From an uncultured Gemmatimonadales bacterium (GTDB lineage: Bacteria > Gemmatimonadota > Gemmatimonadetes > Gemmatimonadales > GWC2-71-9), in NCBI GenBank assembly GCA_963779755.1, contig CAVZZO010000003.1, positions 1,756,782 to 1,820,781 on the forward strand: 64,000 nt of DNA. The letters are read 5' to 3'. Every line of letters begins with the position of its first letter. Position 1 is the first letter of the stretch. Positions 1-9,835 of this stretch are shown here, piece by piece. The notes beneath the pieces are model-generated. The model ran no database searches. It had not been told where the DNA came from and saw nothing but the letters and a program-made list of their open reading frames with translations. The position numbers were made by a program, and so were the translations under genes.

Positions 1-55
1 CTGGTCGAATTCGGGGAGGAGGGTCTGGGAGAAGGGCATGGAGCCTCCATTCAAA

Positions 56-200
56 GGCGGTATGGCGGTATGAGGCGGTACGGCGGTACGGCGGTACGGC
101 GGTACGGCGGTACGGCGGTACGGCGGTACGGCGGTACGGCGGTACGGCGGTACGGCGGTACGGCGGTACGGCGGTACGGCGGTACGGCGGTACGGCGGTA
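56..200 (+). repeat. 8-bp tandem repeat (GGCGGTAC)n
   Basis: About 16 perfect units at 74-200 plus two GGCGGTAT variants at 56-71. Confidence 0.97.
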
Positions 201-279
201 AATGAGTACAGATCGGGGCATACCGGGGCAAGGTACCCCGGTTCTGGTCCCTGATTCCTGACTCCTGATCCCTGCGGCA

Positions 280-306
280 TGTCGATTTCCGCCCTCCCGG
301 TTCGAC
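280..306 (+). promoter_or_regulatory. ECF42-type promoter TGTCGA-N17-CGAC
   Basis: Same 27-bp architecture recurs upstream of three other genes; resembles the described ECF42 consensus. Confidence 0.75.
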
Positions 307-342
307 GATATATTGAGACCCCCCAACCCCGAGGAGCGTACC

Positions 343-1458
343 ATGGCCGGAGTCCGGGTACTGGTCGGCACGCGCAAAGGCGCGTTCATCCTGACCTCCG
401 ACGCGAAACGTGCAAAGTGGAACATCAGCGGGCCGGAATTCGCCGGCTGGGAGCTGTACCACCTCAAGGGCTCGCCGGCCGACCCCGACCGGATCTACGC
501 CTCCCAATCGAGCGGCTGGTTCGGCCAGACGATGCAGCGATCCTGCGACGGGGGGAAAACCTGGGAAACGGTGGGCAACAAGTTCGTCTACGACGGGGTG
601 CCCGGCACCCACCAGTGGTACGACGGCACCGCGCATCCCTGGGAGTTCAAGCGGGTCTGGCACCTGGAGCCTTCGCTCACCGATCCGGACACCGTCTACG
701 CCGGGATCGAGGACGCGGCCCTGTTCAAGTCCACCGATGGCGGCCAGAACTGGGAGGAGGTCTCCGGCCTCCGGAAGCACAGCACCGGCTCGGCCTGGTC
801 GCCGGGTGCGGGGGGCATGTGCCTGCATACCATCATCCTCGATCCGGTGAACCCCGGGCGGATCTTTACCGCCATCAGCGCGGCGGGTGCCTTTCGCTCG
901 GACGACGGAGGCGACACCTGGAAACCCATTACCAGAGGACTGGTTTCCAGTTTTCTGCCGAACCCCACCGCCGAGGTAGGCCATTGCGTGCACCGGATCG
1001 CGCAGCATCCCTCGCGGCCCGACACGCTGTTCATGCAGAAGCACTGGGACGTCATGCGCAGCGATGACGCGGGCGACAACTGGCACGAGGTGAGCGGCAA
1101 CCTGCCGACGGACTTCGGCTTTGCCATCGATGTGCACGCCCACGAGCCGGAGACCATCTACGTGGTCCCCATCAAGAGCGACGCCGAGCACTTCCCGCTG
1201 GAGGGCAAGCTCCAGGTGTTCCGGAGCCGGAGCGGCGGCAACGAATGGGAGCCGCTCACCCGGGGCCTGCCCCAGCGTAACTGCTACGTCAACGTGCTGC
1301 GCGATGCCATGGCGGTAGACCGGCTGGACGACTGCGGCATCTATTTCGGCACCACCGGCGGGCAGGTGTACGCCTCGGCCGATTCGGGCGACAGCTGGAC
1401 GCCGATCGCCGAGCACCTGCCGCCGGTCTTGTCGGTCGAGGTTCAGACACTGCAATGA
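343..1458 (+). CDS. BNR/Asp-box beta-propeller (exo-alpha-sialidase-like) protein
   Basis: Repeated SxDGGxxW Asp-boxes; GAGGAG RBS before ATG 343. Confidence 0.85.
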   Translation: MAGVRVLVGTRKGAFILTSDAKRAKWNISGPEFAGWELYHLKGSPADPDRIYASQSSGWFGQTMQRSCDGGKTWETVGNKFVYDGVPGTHQWYDGTAHPWEFKRVWHLEPSLTDPDTVYAGIEDAALFKSTDGGQNWEEVSGLRKHSTGSAWSPGAGGMCLHTIILDPVNPGRIFTAISAAGAFRSDDGGDTWKPITRGLVSSFLPNPTAEVGHCVHRIAQHPSRPDTLFMQKHWDVMRSDDAGDNWHEVSGNLPTDFGFAIDVHAHEPETIYVVPIKSDAEHFPLEGKLQVFRSRSGGNEWEPLTRGLPQRNCYVNVLRDAMAVDRLDDCGIYFGTTGGQVYASADSGDSWTPIAEHLPPVLSVEVQTLQ

Positions 1459-1751
1459 TCCACGTGGTTCTGCCGGAGCCGCTCCGCAACCTGGCGCGGA
1501 TCGAGAGCGAAGTCACCGTCGAGGCCGACGGTCCGGTTACCCAGCACACGGTGCTCTCCGCGCTGGAAGCGCGCTACCCCGCCCTGCGCGGCACCATGCG
1601 CGACCAGGTCACCAGGAAGCGCCGGGCCTTTCTCCGCTTCTTCGCCTGCGGCCAGGACCTCTCGCACGAGGATCCGGACGCGCCGCTGCCGGAGGCGGTG
1701 GCCAGGGGCGAGGAGCCCTATCTGGTCGTGGGGGCCACGGCCGGAGGCTAG
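1455..1751 (+). CDS. MoaD/ThiS-family ubiquitin-like protein
   Basis: 98 aa, C-terminal GG, ATGA overlap with upstream gene. Confidence 0.85.
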   Translation: MIHVVLPEPLRNLARIESEVTVEADGPVTQHTVLSALEARYPALRGTMRDQVTRKRRAFLRFFACGQDLSHEDPDAPLPEAVARGEEPYLVVGATAGG

Positions 1752-1774
1752 CCCGGAAGAACGGAAACATGAAG

Positions 1775-1812
1775 AAAGGACTGAGAGAGGGCGCTTCTCT
1801 CTCAGTCCTTTT
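1775..1812. repeat. Palindromic REP-like element or terminator, copy 1
   Basis: AAAGGACTGAGAGAGG-GCGC-TTCTCTCTCAGTCCTTT; related copy at 4982-5019. Confidence 0.7.
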
Positions 1813-1890
1813 GCCTTCTCTCTCCCTTGCTATACCGGTGCCGCCCCCCGAGATTTCGGTTTCTCCCCACATCCCCTAGAGGTCGGCAGG

Positions 1891-4839
1891 ATGGAAGCCG
1901 CAATGCGCACCTGTCCCTCCTGTAGCTCCTCGTTGCCCGACGAGGCGCAATTCTGTATGAAGTGCGGCTTCGCCACACCCACCGATCCCGGCGTCCCGCC
2001 GCGGACCCAGGCAACGGGCGCCTTCGAGGTCGGGCGGGTGAAACGCGCGCTGGGCGACCCATACCGGGTGGACCGGATTCTGGGCGAAGGGGGAATGGCC
2101 ACGGTCTACCTGGCCGAAGACCTCAAGCACCGGCGCAAGGTGGCGGTGAAGGTCATGCGTCCCGAACTGGCCGCCACCCTGGGCGCCGACCGGTTCCTTC
2201 GTGAAGTCGAAATCGCCGCCCAGCTGAGCCATCCCCACATCCTGGCGGTGTACGATTCGGGCGAGGCCGAGGGCGTGCTCTACTACGTGATGCCCTACGT
2301 GGAGGAGGGCAGTCTGCGCGAGCGGCTGGAGCGCGAGGGCCAGCTGCCGGTAAAGGAAGCGCTCCGGCTGGCCCGGGAGGTCGCCGAGGCGCTGGCCTAT
2401 GCCCAGGCGCGCGGCATCATCCATCGCGACATCAAGCCGGGCAACATCCTGCTGGGCGCCGGCCACGCCCAGATCGCGGACTTCGGCATCGCGCGGGCCC
2501 TCGACAGCGCCGGGGAAGCGATCACCCGGACGGGGCTCGCGGTGGGAACGCCGCAATACATGGCGCCGGAGCAGGCCATGGGCGACCGGGACGTGGATGG
2601 CCGCGCGGACGTCTATGCCCTGGGTGCGGTGCTCTACGAGATGCTGGCCGGCGAAGCGCCCTATACCGGTCCTACCGCCCGCGCCATCATGACCCGCAGC
2701 ATGACCGAAAGGCCCCGCCCCCTCTCCAGCGCCCGGATGGGCCTGCCGCCCACGGTGGACTCCACCGTTACCCGGGCACTCGCCCGCAACCCGGTGGACC
2801 GCTATCCCACGGCGGCCGCCCTGGCCGAAGCGCTGGAGAACGCGCAGGATACCAGCCAGAGCGGCGCGATGCAGGCCGCGGCCGGGGCGGGGCCGTCGCC
2901 GCTGGCGGTGTGGGGCCTTTTCGGCGCCGGCTCGGTGGCCATGCTGGCGATAGTCTACAGTCTCACCCGGCGGTGGAACCTGCCGGTCTGGACACTCGGG
3001 CTCGCGGTGCTCCTCCTGGCCGTCGGCGCCGGCGTGCTGGTGCTCACGGGGAAGATCGAGCGCCGCCGGCGGGCGGGCGCCGGCACCGGCGGAATCACCG
3101 GCCTCTTCACCTGGCGCAACGCCACGCTGGGCGGCGTGGGCGCGCTGGTCCTGTGGGCCGTCATGGCCAGCGTGATGGCCGTCCGCGCACCGGCCGGCGC
3201 CGCGGGAGCCGGGGGGACGCGCGTGGCGGTGCTCCCGTTCGAGAACCAGGGGCCGGCGGCGGATGCCTACTTCGCCGACGGGATCTCCGACGAAGTCCGG
3301 GGCAAGCTGGCCCAGATCAACGGGCTCATGGTCATCGCCTCGACCAGCGCGGGCCAGTACCGGTCCACCACCAAGAGCCCCCAGGAGATCGCGCGCGAGC
3401 TGGGAGTGAACTATCTCCTGGTAGGGAAGGTGCGCTGGGCCGACTCGGCGGGCGGACACCGCCGGGTGCAGGTGGTGCCGGAGCTGATTGATGGACGGAC
3501 GGGGGCGATGACCTGGCAGCAGTCGTTCGATAACGACCTGACCGACGTGTTCCAGGTCCAGTCGGACATCGCCACCCAGGTGGCCGGCGCGCTGGGCGCC
3601 CGGCTCGGCACCCAGGAGAAGAACGAACTGACCAGGCGGCCTACGCAGAACGTGGCGGCCTACGATCTCTATCTGAAGGCCAAGGCGCTCACCGGCCGCG
3701 ATCCGGCGACGCAGCGCCTGGCCGGGTCTTACCTGGAACAAGCGGTGGCGCTGGATTCGAATTTCACCGACGCCTGGGCCCTGCTGTCCACCGCGATGAC
3801 GCTTACCTATACCAATGGAGGGCGGGACCCGCTCGCCTCGAAGCGCGCCCGCGAGGCAATGCAGCGGGCGCTGGTATTGGATCCGCGGTCGGTGGCCGCC
3901 AATCTGGCCGCGGCGCGATACTACCGCCTGGTCGCCAGCGACCCTGCCCGAGCCGACAGCCAGATTGCCGTCGCGCTCGAGGTCGCGCCCAATGATGCCG
4001 ACGTACTCAGCACCGCGGCCGGATCGGATCTGACCGCGCTCCGCTACGATGCCGGGCTGGCCAAGCTGGAGCGGGCACGCCAGCTCGATCCGCGGTCGGA
4101 GCAGACCCTGACGGCTCTCCTCCCGGCCTATGTCTCGATGCGCCGCTTCGCCGAGGCGCTCACGGCGGGAGAGACGGCGCTATCGTTGTCGCCCGGCAAC
4201 GTCAACACCATCGAGTGGATGGCGATTGCCCATGTGGCGCAAGGTGATCTGTCGGAGGCCCGGCAGGTGATCAGGGATGCGCTCGGTCGCGGGGTGACGG
4301 CACCGGAGCTGGCCGCCTACTTCGGGGGATACCAGGAGCTCTCCTGGGTGCTGGAGCTGCCACAGCGGCAACTCCTCTTCCGGCTGACCCCCGCCGCCTT
4401 CGACAACGACCGCGGCTGGTGGGGCCAGACCATGGCCACGGCCTATTTCCAGCAGGGTAATCGGGCGATGGCGCGCGCCTACGCCGATTCCGGCCTGGCT
4501 GCCACCCGGGCGCAGTCGGCGGCGAATCCGCGCGACGACCAGAATCACGTGCTCTATGGCCTGCTGCTGGCCTACCTCGGCCGCCGGGGCGAGGCACTGG
4601 CTCAGGCCGATACCGCGATGGCGCTGCTCACCTCCACCACGGTGCAGCCGCAGTACACCCGGCTCCAGGTGGTGCGCATCCACCTGGCGCTGGGCAATAC
4701 GGACGCCGCCCTGGACGAGCTCCAGAAGCTGCTCAACAGCCACTACTACATCACGCCGGCCTGGCTCCGGATCGATCCGACCTTCGCGTCGCTGCGCGAC
4801 AATCCCCGGTTCAAGAAGCTGGCGCAGGGAAATAACTGA
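1891..4839 (+). CDS. Hanks-type Ser/Thr kinase: zinc ribbon, kinase, TMs, TolB_N-like, TPR
   Basis: CPSC..CMKC, GEGGMATVY, HRDIKPGN, DFG, APE motifs; VAVLPFEN domain; TPR-like C-terminus. Confidence 0.93.
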   Translation: MEAAMRTCPSCSSSLPDEAQFCMKCGFATPTDPGVPPRTQATGAFEVGRVKRALGDPYRVDRILGEGGMATVYLAEDLKHRRKVAVKVMRPELAATLGADRFLREVEIAAQLSHPHILAVYDSGEAEGVLYYVMPYVEEGSLRERLEREGQLPVKEALRLAREVAEALAYAQARGIIHRDIKPGNILLGAGHAQIADFGIARALDSAGEAITRTGLAVGTPQYMAPEQAMGDRDVDGRADVYALGAVLYEMLAGEAPYTGPTARAIMTRSMTERPRPLSSARMGLPPTVDSTVTRALARNPVDRYPTAAALAEALENAQDTSQSGAMQAAAGAGPSPLAVWGLFGAGSVAMLAIVYSLTRRWNLPVWTLGLAVLLLAVGAGVLVLTGKIERRRRAGAGTGGITGLFTWRNATLGGVGALVLWAVMASVMAVRAPAGAAGAGGTRVAVLPFENQGPAADAYFADGISDEVRGKLAQINGLMVIASTSAGQYRSTTKSPQEIARELGVNYLLVGKVRWADSAGGHRRVQVVPELIDGRTGAMTWQQSFDNDLTDVFQVQSDIATQVAGALGARLGTQEKNELTRRPTQNVAAYDLYLKAKALTGRDPATQRLAGSYLEQAVALDSNFTDAWALLSTAMTLTYTNGGRDPLASKRAREAMQRALVLDPRSVAANLAAARYYRLVASDPARADSQIAVALEVAPNDADVLSTAAGSDLTALRYDAGLAKLERARQLDPRSEQTLTALLPAYVSMRRFAEALTAGETALSLSPGNVNTIEWMAIAHVAQGDLSEARQVIRDALGRGVTAPELAAYFGGYQELSWVLELPQRQLLFRLTPAAFDNDRGWWGQTMATAYFQQGNRAMARAYADSGLAATRAQSAANPRDDQNHVLYGLLLAYLGRRGEALAQADTAMALLTSTTVQPQYTRLQVVRIHLALGNTDAALDELQKLLNSHYYITPAWLRIDPTFASLRDNPRFKKLAQGNN

Positions 4840-4917
4840 GGACTGAGTAAGGCGGCAGGACGGCAGCCCGCGGCGCGCCGCGTGAGCCGCGGAGGGGCCA
4901 TCGAGCCCCGCTGCATC

Positions 4918-4977
4918 CCGACCTTCGCGCCGCTCAGGGGGCCTCCGCGGTTCGAGAAGCTGGCGAGACAGGACTGA
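4918..4977 (+). pseudogene. Remnant of a kinase-paralogue 3' end
   Basis: Translates PTFAPLRGPPRFEKLARQD*, similar to the C-termini of the kinases at 1891 and 27060. Confidence 0.7.
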
Positions 4978-4981
4978 GAGC

Positions 4982-5019
4982 AAAGGGCTGGGAGAAAAGC
5001 GCTTTTCTCTCAGTCCTTT
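4982..5019. repeat. Palindromic REP-like element or terminator, copy 2
   Basis: AAAGGGCTGGGAGAAAAGCGCTTTTCTCTCAGTCCTTT between convergent genes. Confidence 0.7.
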
Positions 5020-6290
5020 TGTCCTTTCTCCCTATTCCGGCATTCCGTGGCGCGCTGGAGCAGGAGCCGCCGCTCCCGCTCATTTTTCGTCAGCTTCGCC
5101 GCCCGCTCGAATTCCTCACTCGCCTCGACATTCCGCCCCAGCTTCTGCAGCAGGTCGCCGCGCACGCTGGGGAGCAGGTGATAGTTCCGTAGCGATTTCT
5201 GCTTCGTGAGCGGTTCCACCAGCGCGAGCGCGGCCTCCGGGCCTTCGGCCATACTCACCGCCACCGCGCGATTGAGCTCGACCACGGGGGAGGGCATGAG
5301 CTGCGCCAGGGCGCCGTAGAGCATCGCGATTCTGGCCCAGTCCGTTTCCTGCGCCGAGCGCGCCCGCGCGTGGCAGGCGGCGATGGCCGCCTGGAGTGCG
5401 TAGGGGCCGGCAGCGCCGCCCAGCGCGTCCACCCGCTCCAGCGCCGCCAGACCACGCTGGATGAGCAGGCGGTCCCAGCGGCCCCGGTCCTGATCCAGCA
5501 GCAGTACCGGCTCGCCGTCGGGGCCCACTCGCGCTCGGAGACGGGAGGCCTGAATCTCCATCAGGGCGATGAGCCCGTGTACCTCTGGCTCCTCCGGCGC
5601 CAGGGTCGCCAGGATGCGCCCCAGCCGCATCGCATCTTCGCAGAGGCCGGGCCGGACCCAGTCGTCACCCGCGGTCGCGGCATACCCCTCGTTGAAGATG
5701 AGATAGATCACCTCGAGCACCGAGGCGAGCCGCTCACTCAGGTCGTCCCCGCGCGGCACCTCGAAGGGCACCTTCGCGTCCGCCAGCGTCTTCTTGGCCC
5801 GGACGATCCGCTGCTGCAGGGTGGGAACGGGAATCAGAAACGCGCGCGCGATCTCCTCGGTGGTGAGGCCACCCACCAGCCGCAGTGTCAGGGCGACCCG
5901 GGCTTCGGCGGAGAGCAGCGGGTGACAGGCGGTAAAGATCAGGCTCAGGAGATCGTCACCGATGGCGTCGTCCAGCGCCGCCGCCGTCTCGACCTCCCGC
6001 TGCTGCTCCTCCTGCAGCTCGCCGCCCAGCTGCTGGTGCTTGCGATCCAGCATCTGGTGGCGCCGGAGCTGGTCGATCCCCCGGCGCTTGGCCGCGGTCA
6101 TGAGCCAGGCACCGGGGTTGTCGGGAATGCCCGATGCCGGCCACTGCTCCAGCGCAGCCAGCAGCGCGTCCTGGGCCAGATCCTCGGCCTGGCCCACGTC
6201 GCCTACCATGCGCGCCAGCCGGGCAATGATCTTCGCCGATTCCATGCGCCAGACGGCGTCGATGGTGGCGTGGATATGCGCGACCGTCAT
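5010..6290 (-). CDS. ECF42-type RNA polymerase sigma factor with C-terminal TPR extension
   Basis: AEDLAQDA..WP..GIPDNPGAWL, LIFTACHP, YLIFNEGY, SPVVELNRAVA; YciI gene nearby. Confidence 0.92.
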   Translation of the reverse strand: MTVAHIHATIDAVWRMESAKIIARLARMVGDVGQAEDLAQDALLAALEQWPASGIPDNPGAWLMTAAKRRGIDQLRRHQMLDRKHQQLGGELQEEQQREVETAAALDDAIGDDLLSLIFTACHPLLSAEARVALTLRLVGGLTTEEIARAFLIPVPTLQQRIVRAKKTLADAKVPFEVPRGDDLSERLASVLEVIYLIFNEGYAATAGDDWVRPGLCEDAMRLGRILATLAPEEPEVHGLIALMEIQASRLRARVGPDGEPVLLLDQDRGRWDRLLIQRGLAALERVDALGGAAGPYALQAAIAACHARARSAQETDWARIAMLYGALAQLMPSPVVELNRAVAVSMAEGPEAALALVEPLTKQKSLRNYHLLPSVRGDLLQKLGRNVEASEEFERAAKLTKNERERRLLLQRATECRNREKGQKD

Positions 6291-6345
6291 AGGTCACGAT
6301 TAGACCATGGCGGCGCTCGCAACGCAAGGGAGGGACAGGCGGTAC

Positions 6346-6443
6346 GGCACAAGGGACAAGGGACAGGGGACCCGATTAAGGACTACGCAGCCTATCCCTG
6401 TCCCGATCCCCGCTGCGACCCCTTGTCCCTTGTCCCCTGTGCC
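6346..6443. repeat. Inverted pair of 7-mer (AAGGGAC) repeats
   Basis: GGCACAAGGGACAAGGGACAGGGG ... CCCCTTGTCCCTTGTCCCCTGTGCC. Confidence 0.7.
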
Positions 6444-6451
6444 TGTCGGCC

Positions 6452-6946
6452 TTACATCCCCGCCTCATCCGCACTCGGACCGTAGACCGACGGAAGGGGG
6501 ACATTCAGCAGCCGCAGGTAAACGGTGAGCTGCCCGCGATGGTGGTACCAGTGGTTGAACAGGATGGTGCGGAGGACACCGCTCCGGGGGAGGGCCATGA
6601 CCTCCCTCTCGCCGTCCACCATGCGCCAGGGCAACGCCAGGTCGGAGTCCTTCATGGCCCCGAGCAGCGTCCGGGCCTTCTCCACGCTCTGGTCGTAGGT
6701 GCTCATGAGCTCGTCCGCGCCGCCCGGGCTGGGCCGCGGGATCCGCGTCTTGACGTCGAACGTGGGCTTCCCCGCCATTTCGCTGATGGCGCCCGGCAGC
6801 ATGGCCACATGCATGGCAAGCTGCCCCAGGGTGAACGATTTCTCGTGGGGGCGCCAGTCGTAGCGGTCCGGCGGTACCCGCTCCAGCACGCGCCGGGTCG
6901 CCTTCGCTTCCTGGTCCAGCTCCTGCATCAGCTCGGCGATAGTCAC
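6452..6946 (-). CDS. DinB family protein
   Basis: WRPHEKSFTLGQLAMH, HWYHHRGQLTVYLRLL. Confidence 0.9.
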   Translation of the reverse strand: MTIAELMQELDQEAKATRRVLERVPPDRYDWRPHEKSFTLGQLAMHVAMLPGAISEMAGKPTFDVKTRIPRPSPGGADELMSTYDQSVEKARTLLGAMKDSDLALPWRMVDGEREVMALPRSGVLRTILFNHWYHHRGQLTVYLRLLNVPLPSVYGPSADEAGM

Positions 6947-7009
6947 TGTGTGGCCTTTCGTAGCGGACGTTTGGACCCGGTCAAGAGGGTCGAGGGACAG
7001 CGATCGTGG

Positions 7010-7423
7010 TCATCCGGGTGCCCGCTCATACAACAACATCCACGAGGTCCCGAACCGGTCGCGGAGCATCGCGAAGCGGTGGGCGAAGAACGTCTCCGCC
7101 ATGGGCATGAAGATCTCGCCCCCTTCCCGCAGGAGCGCATAGACCCGCTCCGCCTCCTCCACGCTGGACAGCGAGAGGCTGAGATAGGCGCTGCGCATCG
7201 GCTGGAAACGGTCCGGGGGGATATCCGCTCCGAACAGACTCGTGCCTCCCAGTTCGATCCGGGCGTGCAGCACTGCGTTCCGCCATTCCGGCGGGACCTT
7301 GTCTGCCTCCGGTTGCTCGGCATGGGTCGCCAGCATGGTGATGCGACCGCCCAGGCGCTCGGCGTAGAACTCGAACGCCTCCCGGCAGTTGCCGCCGTAG
7401 TTGAGATAGGTATTGAGCTGCAT
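7010..7423 (-). CDS. VOC/PhnB-like glyoxalase family protein
   Basis: YLNYGGNCREAFEFY, DRFGTSWM. Confidence 0.9.
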   Translation of the reverse strand: MQLNTYLNYGGNCREAFEFYAERLGGRITMLATHAEQPEADKVPPEWRNAVLHARIELGGTSLFGADIPPDRFQPMRSAYLSLSLSSVEEAERVYALLREGGEIFMPMAETFFAHRFAMLRDRFGTSWMLLYERAPG

Positions 7424-7516
7424 CGTATTCCCCGATACTGGTCTTCGGTCATTGAAGGCGCGACACGGGCGGCGGCCCTCGTCTCAATATGTCGCGGAGC
7501 TGCCCGTACCGGCGAC

Positions 7517-7960
7517 TCAGAAGGTAGAACCCGTGGGCACCCTGAGATCGAGATTCAGTGGCAGGGTGATGCCGGACCAGGAGCGCCGGCCGCGAATCAC
7601 CACCATCAGCAGGACACCCACCACGAAAGGCGTGGCGGCCATGGCGGGCCCCATCCGCAGAATTGTCGTCACGACGGCGCCGATCATGATGATGACGAGT
7701 CCGGCCGCCGCCAGCGGAGTAAGGCCCCGGCGAACGCGGAAGATACCGGGGAGAATGAGGCCCAGGGCCCCCAGGCCCTCACACACGGCGATGAAGCGCA
7801 TGAACCCCGCGGAGAGGCCTGACTGCTGGACCAGCGCCTGGGCAGGCATGGTCAGCTTGGCGAAGGAGGCGAAGAGAAAGAGGGCGGCGAGCAGGCCCTG
7901 GATCGTCCAGAGCAACACGTTGCCGATCTTGCGGTTACGGCTCCGGGTGGGGGAAGACAT
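7517..7960 (-). CDS. DoxX family membrane protein
   Basis: LWTIQGLLAALFLFA..K, GALGLILPG, LTPLAAAGL. Confidence 0.85.
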   Translation of the reverse strand: MSSPTRSRNRKIGNVLLWTIQGLLAALFLFASFAKLTMPAQALVQQSGLSAGFMRFIAVCEGLGALGLILPGIFRVRRGLTPLAAAGLVIIMIGAVVTTILRMGPAMAATPFVVGVLLMVVIRGRRSWSGITLPLNLDLRVPTGSTF

Positions 7961-8022
7961 GGTCGGGCTCCTCTCGGTTCGGGTTCTGGTGCCGGGAGCC
8001 TGTCTCCCGGCTTCACAGAAGC

Positions 8023-8049
8023 GTCGACCGGGGAGGGGCGGGATCGACA
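8023..8049 (-). promoter_or_regulatory. ECF42-type promoter TGTCGA-N17-CGAC
   Basis: Exact motif upstream of DoxX. Confidence 0.75.
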
Positions 8050-8059
8050 TCAAGCAGAC

Positions 8060-8136
8060 CTCGACCCTCTCGACACTCTCGACCCCCTCGACCTCTTCAG
8101 TGGTCGAGAGGGTCGAGGGGGTCAAGAGAGTCGAGA
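8060..8136. repeat. Inverted pair of 9-mer (CTCGACCCT-like) repeats
   Basis: Four forward units followed by about four reverse-complement units. Confidence 0.7.
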
Positions 8137-8156
8137 AAACCCTGGGCGCCGTCGAC

Positions 8157-8567
8157 TTACTTCAACCGCTCCCGCAGCTTTGCCTCCCGCTCCTGCAGCT
8201 CGGGCGTAAACTCCTCGCCGAAATCCTCGAGTTCGAAGAAGGGGCGGATTTCCACCGTCTCCCCCTCTTCGAACGGCGCCCGCTTGAGCCATTCCACCGC
8301 TTCATCCACGGACTTGACCTGCCAGATCCAGAATCCGGCGACCAGCTCTTTGGTCTCCGCGAAGGGGCCGTCGATCACCCGCGGCTTCCCCGAACCGAAC
8401 CGGACTCGTTTGCCCTTCGAGCTGGGTTGCAGACCGTCGCCCGCCAGCATGATGCCGGCCTGGACCAGCTTCTCGTTGAACGTCCCCATCTTCTCCAGCA
8501 GTTCCCGCTTCGGCATTGCGCCGGCTTCGTATTCCTTGTTGGCCTTGACCAGCACGATGACTCGCAT
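8157..8567 (-). CDS. YciI/DGPF family protein
   Basis: DGPFAETKELVAGFW motif. Confidence 0.92.
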   Translation of the reverse strand: MRVIVLVKANKEYEAGAMPKRELLEKMGTFNEKLVQAGIMLAGDGLQPSSKGKRVRFGSGKPRVIDGPFAETKELVAGFWIWQVKSVDEAVEWLKRAPFEEGETVEIRPFFELEDFGEEFTPELQEREAKLRERLK

Positions 8568-8630
8568 GATGCGGTCTCCTTGCAGCAGGTCGCTTTCCCG
8601 GCCGGGATATCTTCCCGGCTTCACTCCTGC

Positions 8631-8657
8631 GTCGATCGGGCGGGAGCGGAATCGACA
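8631..8657 (-). promoter_or_regulatory. ECF42-type promoter TGTCGA-N17-CGAC
   Basis: Exact motif upstream of YciI. Confidence 0.78.
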
Positions 8658-9205
8658 TCCCCGCCGGGGAGCGGACACCGTCTTGTCCGGTCTCTTCATC
8701 CCGGGTTCCCGCTCTCTTCACGTTCCCGCCGGTAAGTTTAGCCCTGTCGTTCCGTCGCCGTGCACGGCGGCGGGCGGCCGGTGGGGGAGTTTCGCAGAAC
8801 CCCACCCGCATCAGGCCGGCGTGCTGATGCGCCCTATCGGATCCAGGATGCGACCTGGCGACCGACAGCGCCCGCAACGGAACCCCGTGTACCGTAAGGT
8901 CAACGCGGGAACCGGTGCCTCCAAAGCCCACCGACGGATCCTGTACGGGGTCCGGCGAAGCGGAGGAGAGAAGAACGGAGCCCAAACCTCCGACCCGGAT
9001 GACCGATGCGCATCGGGGCGGCCCGTCAGAGACGAGCCGCCCCGATGATTTATGTCCGCAGATTACACAGAAATCGGTCCCACAGATTACGGGATTGATT
9101 CCGCCCAGCGGTCGTCTCCGATGCGGCCCGCGGCCGGCCCTCCTGGGGGGTGGACTCATGTTTCGCCCTTCGGCCGCTGAGCGAAGCCGCGACAGACTCC
9201 TCCCG

Positions 9206-9689
9206 AAGATGATCCGGTATGGGGCGCAGCTCTGCGGAGCGAAGAACGAGGCTCGGAGCAATCTGTGTAATCCGTGGATCACACATGATAAACTGTCTTC
9301 TCAGAAGATGATCCCGGTGTGGGGCGCAGCTCTGCGGAGCACGAACGAGGCTCGGAGCAATCTGTGTAATCCGTGGATCACACATGATAAACTGTCTTCT
9401 CATAAGATGATCCGGTATGGGGCGCAGCTCTGCGGAGCACGAACGAGGCTCGGAGCAATCTGTGTAATCTGTGGATCACACATGATAAACTGTCTTCTCA
9501 GAAGATGATCCGGTATGGGGCGCAGCTCTGCGGAGCACGAACGAGGCTCGGAGCAATCTGTGTAATCTGTGGATCACACATGATAAACTGTCTTCTCAGA
9601 AGATGATCCGGTATGGGGCGCAGCTCTGCGGAGCACGAACGAGGCTCGGAGCAATCTGTGTAATCTGTGGATCACACATGATAAACTGT
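9206..9689. repeat. Tandem repeat of five 98-99-bp near-identical units
   Basis: Units start at 9206, 9305, 9404, 9502 and 9600; no unique spacers. Confidence 0.97.
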
Positions 9690-9835
9690 GATCTCACACC
9701 GGACCCATCCTTCAAGTCACCGGACTGCCCGCCCACCCCAGGACAACAGCAACGGATCACCCGGAGAAACCCGGGTGACCCGTCCAGAGGTGAAGCAATC
9801 CAGATATCCGGGGATTGCTCCGGCAGAGCTCTGTT

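Noticed and set aside
51..467. ORF with RRTAVPPY repeats
   Set aside because: It is only the translation of the 8-bp microsatellite, antisense to a real gene
9206..9689. CRISPR array
   Set aside because: Whole units are near-identical with no unique spacers, and no cas genes are in the window
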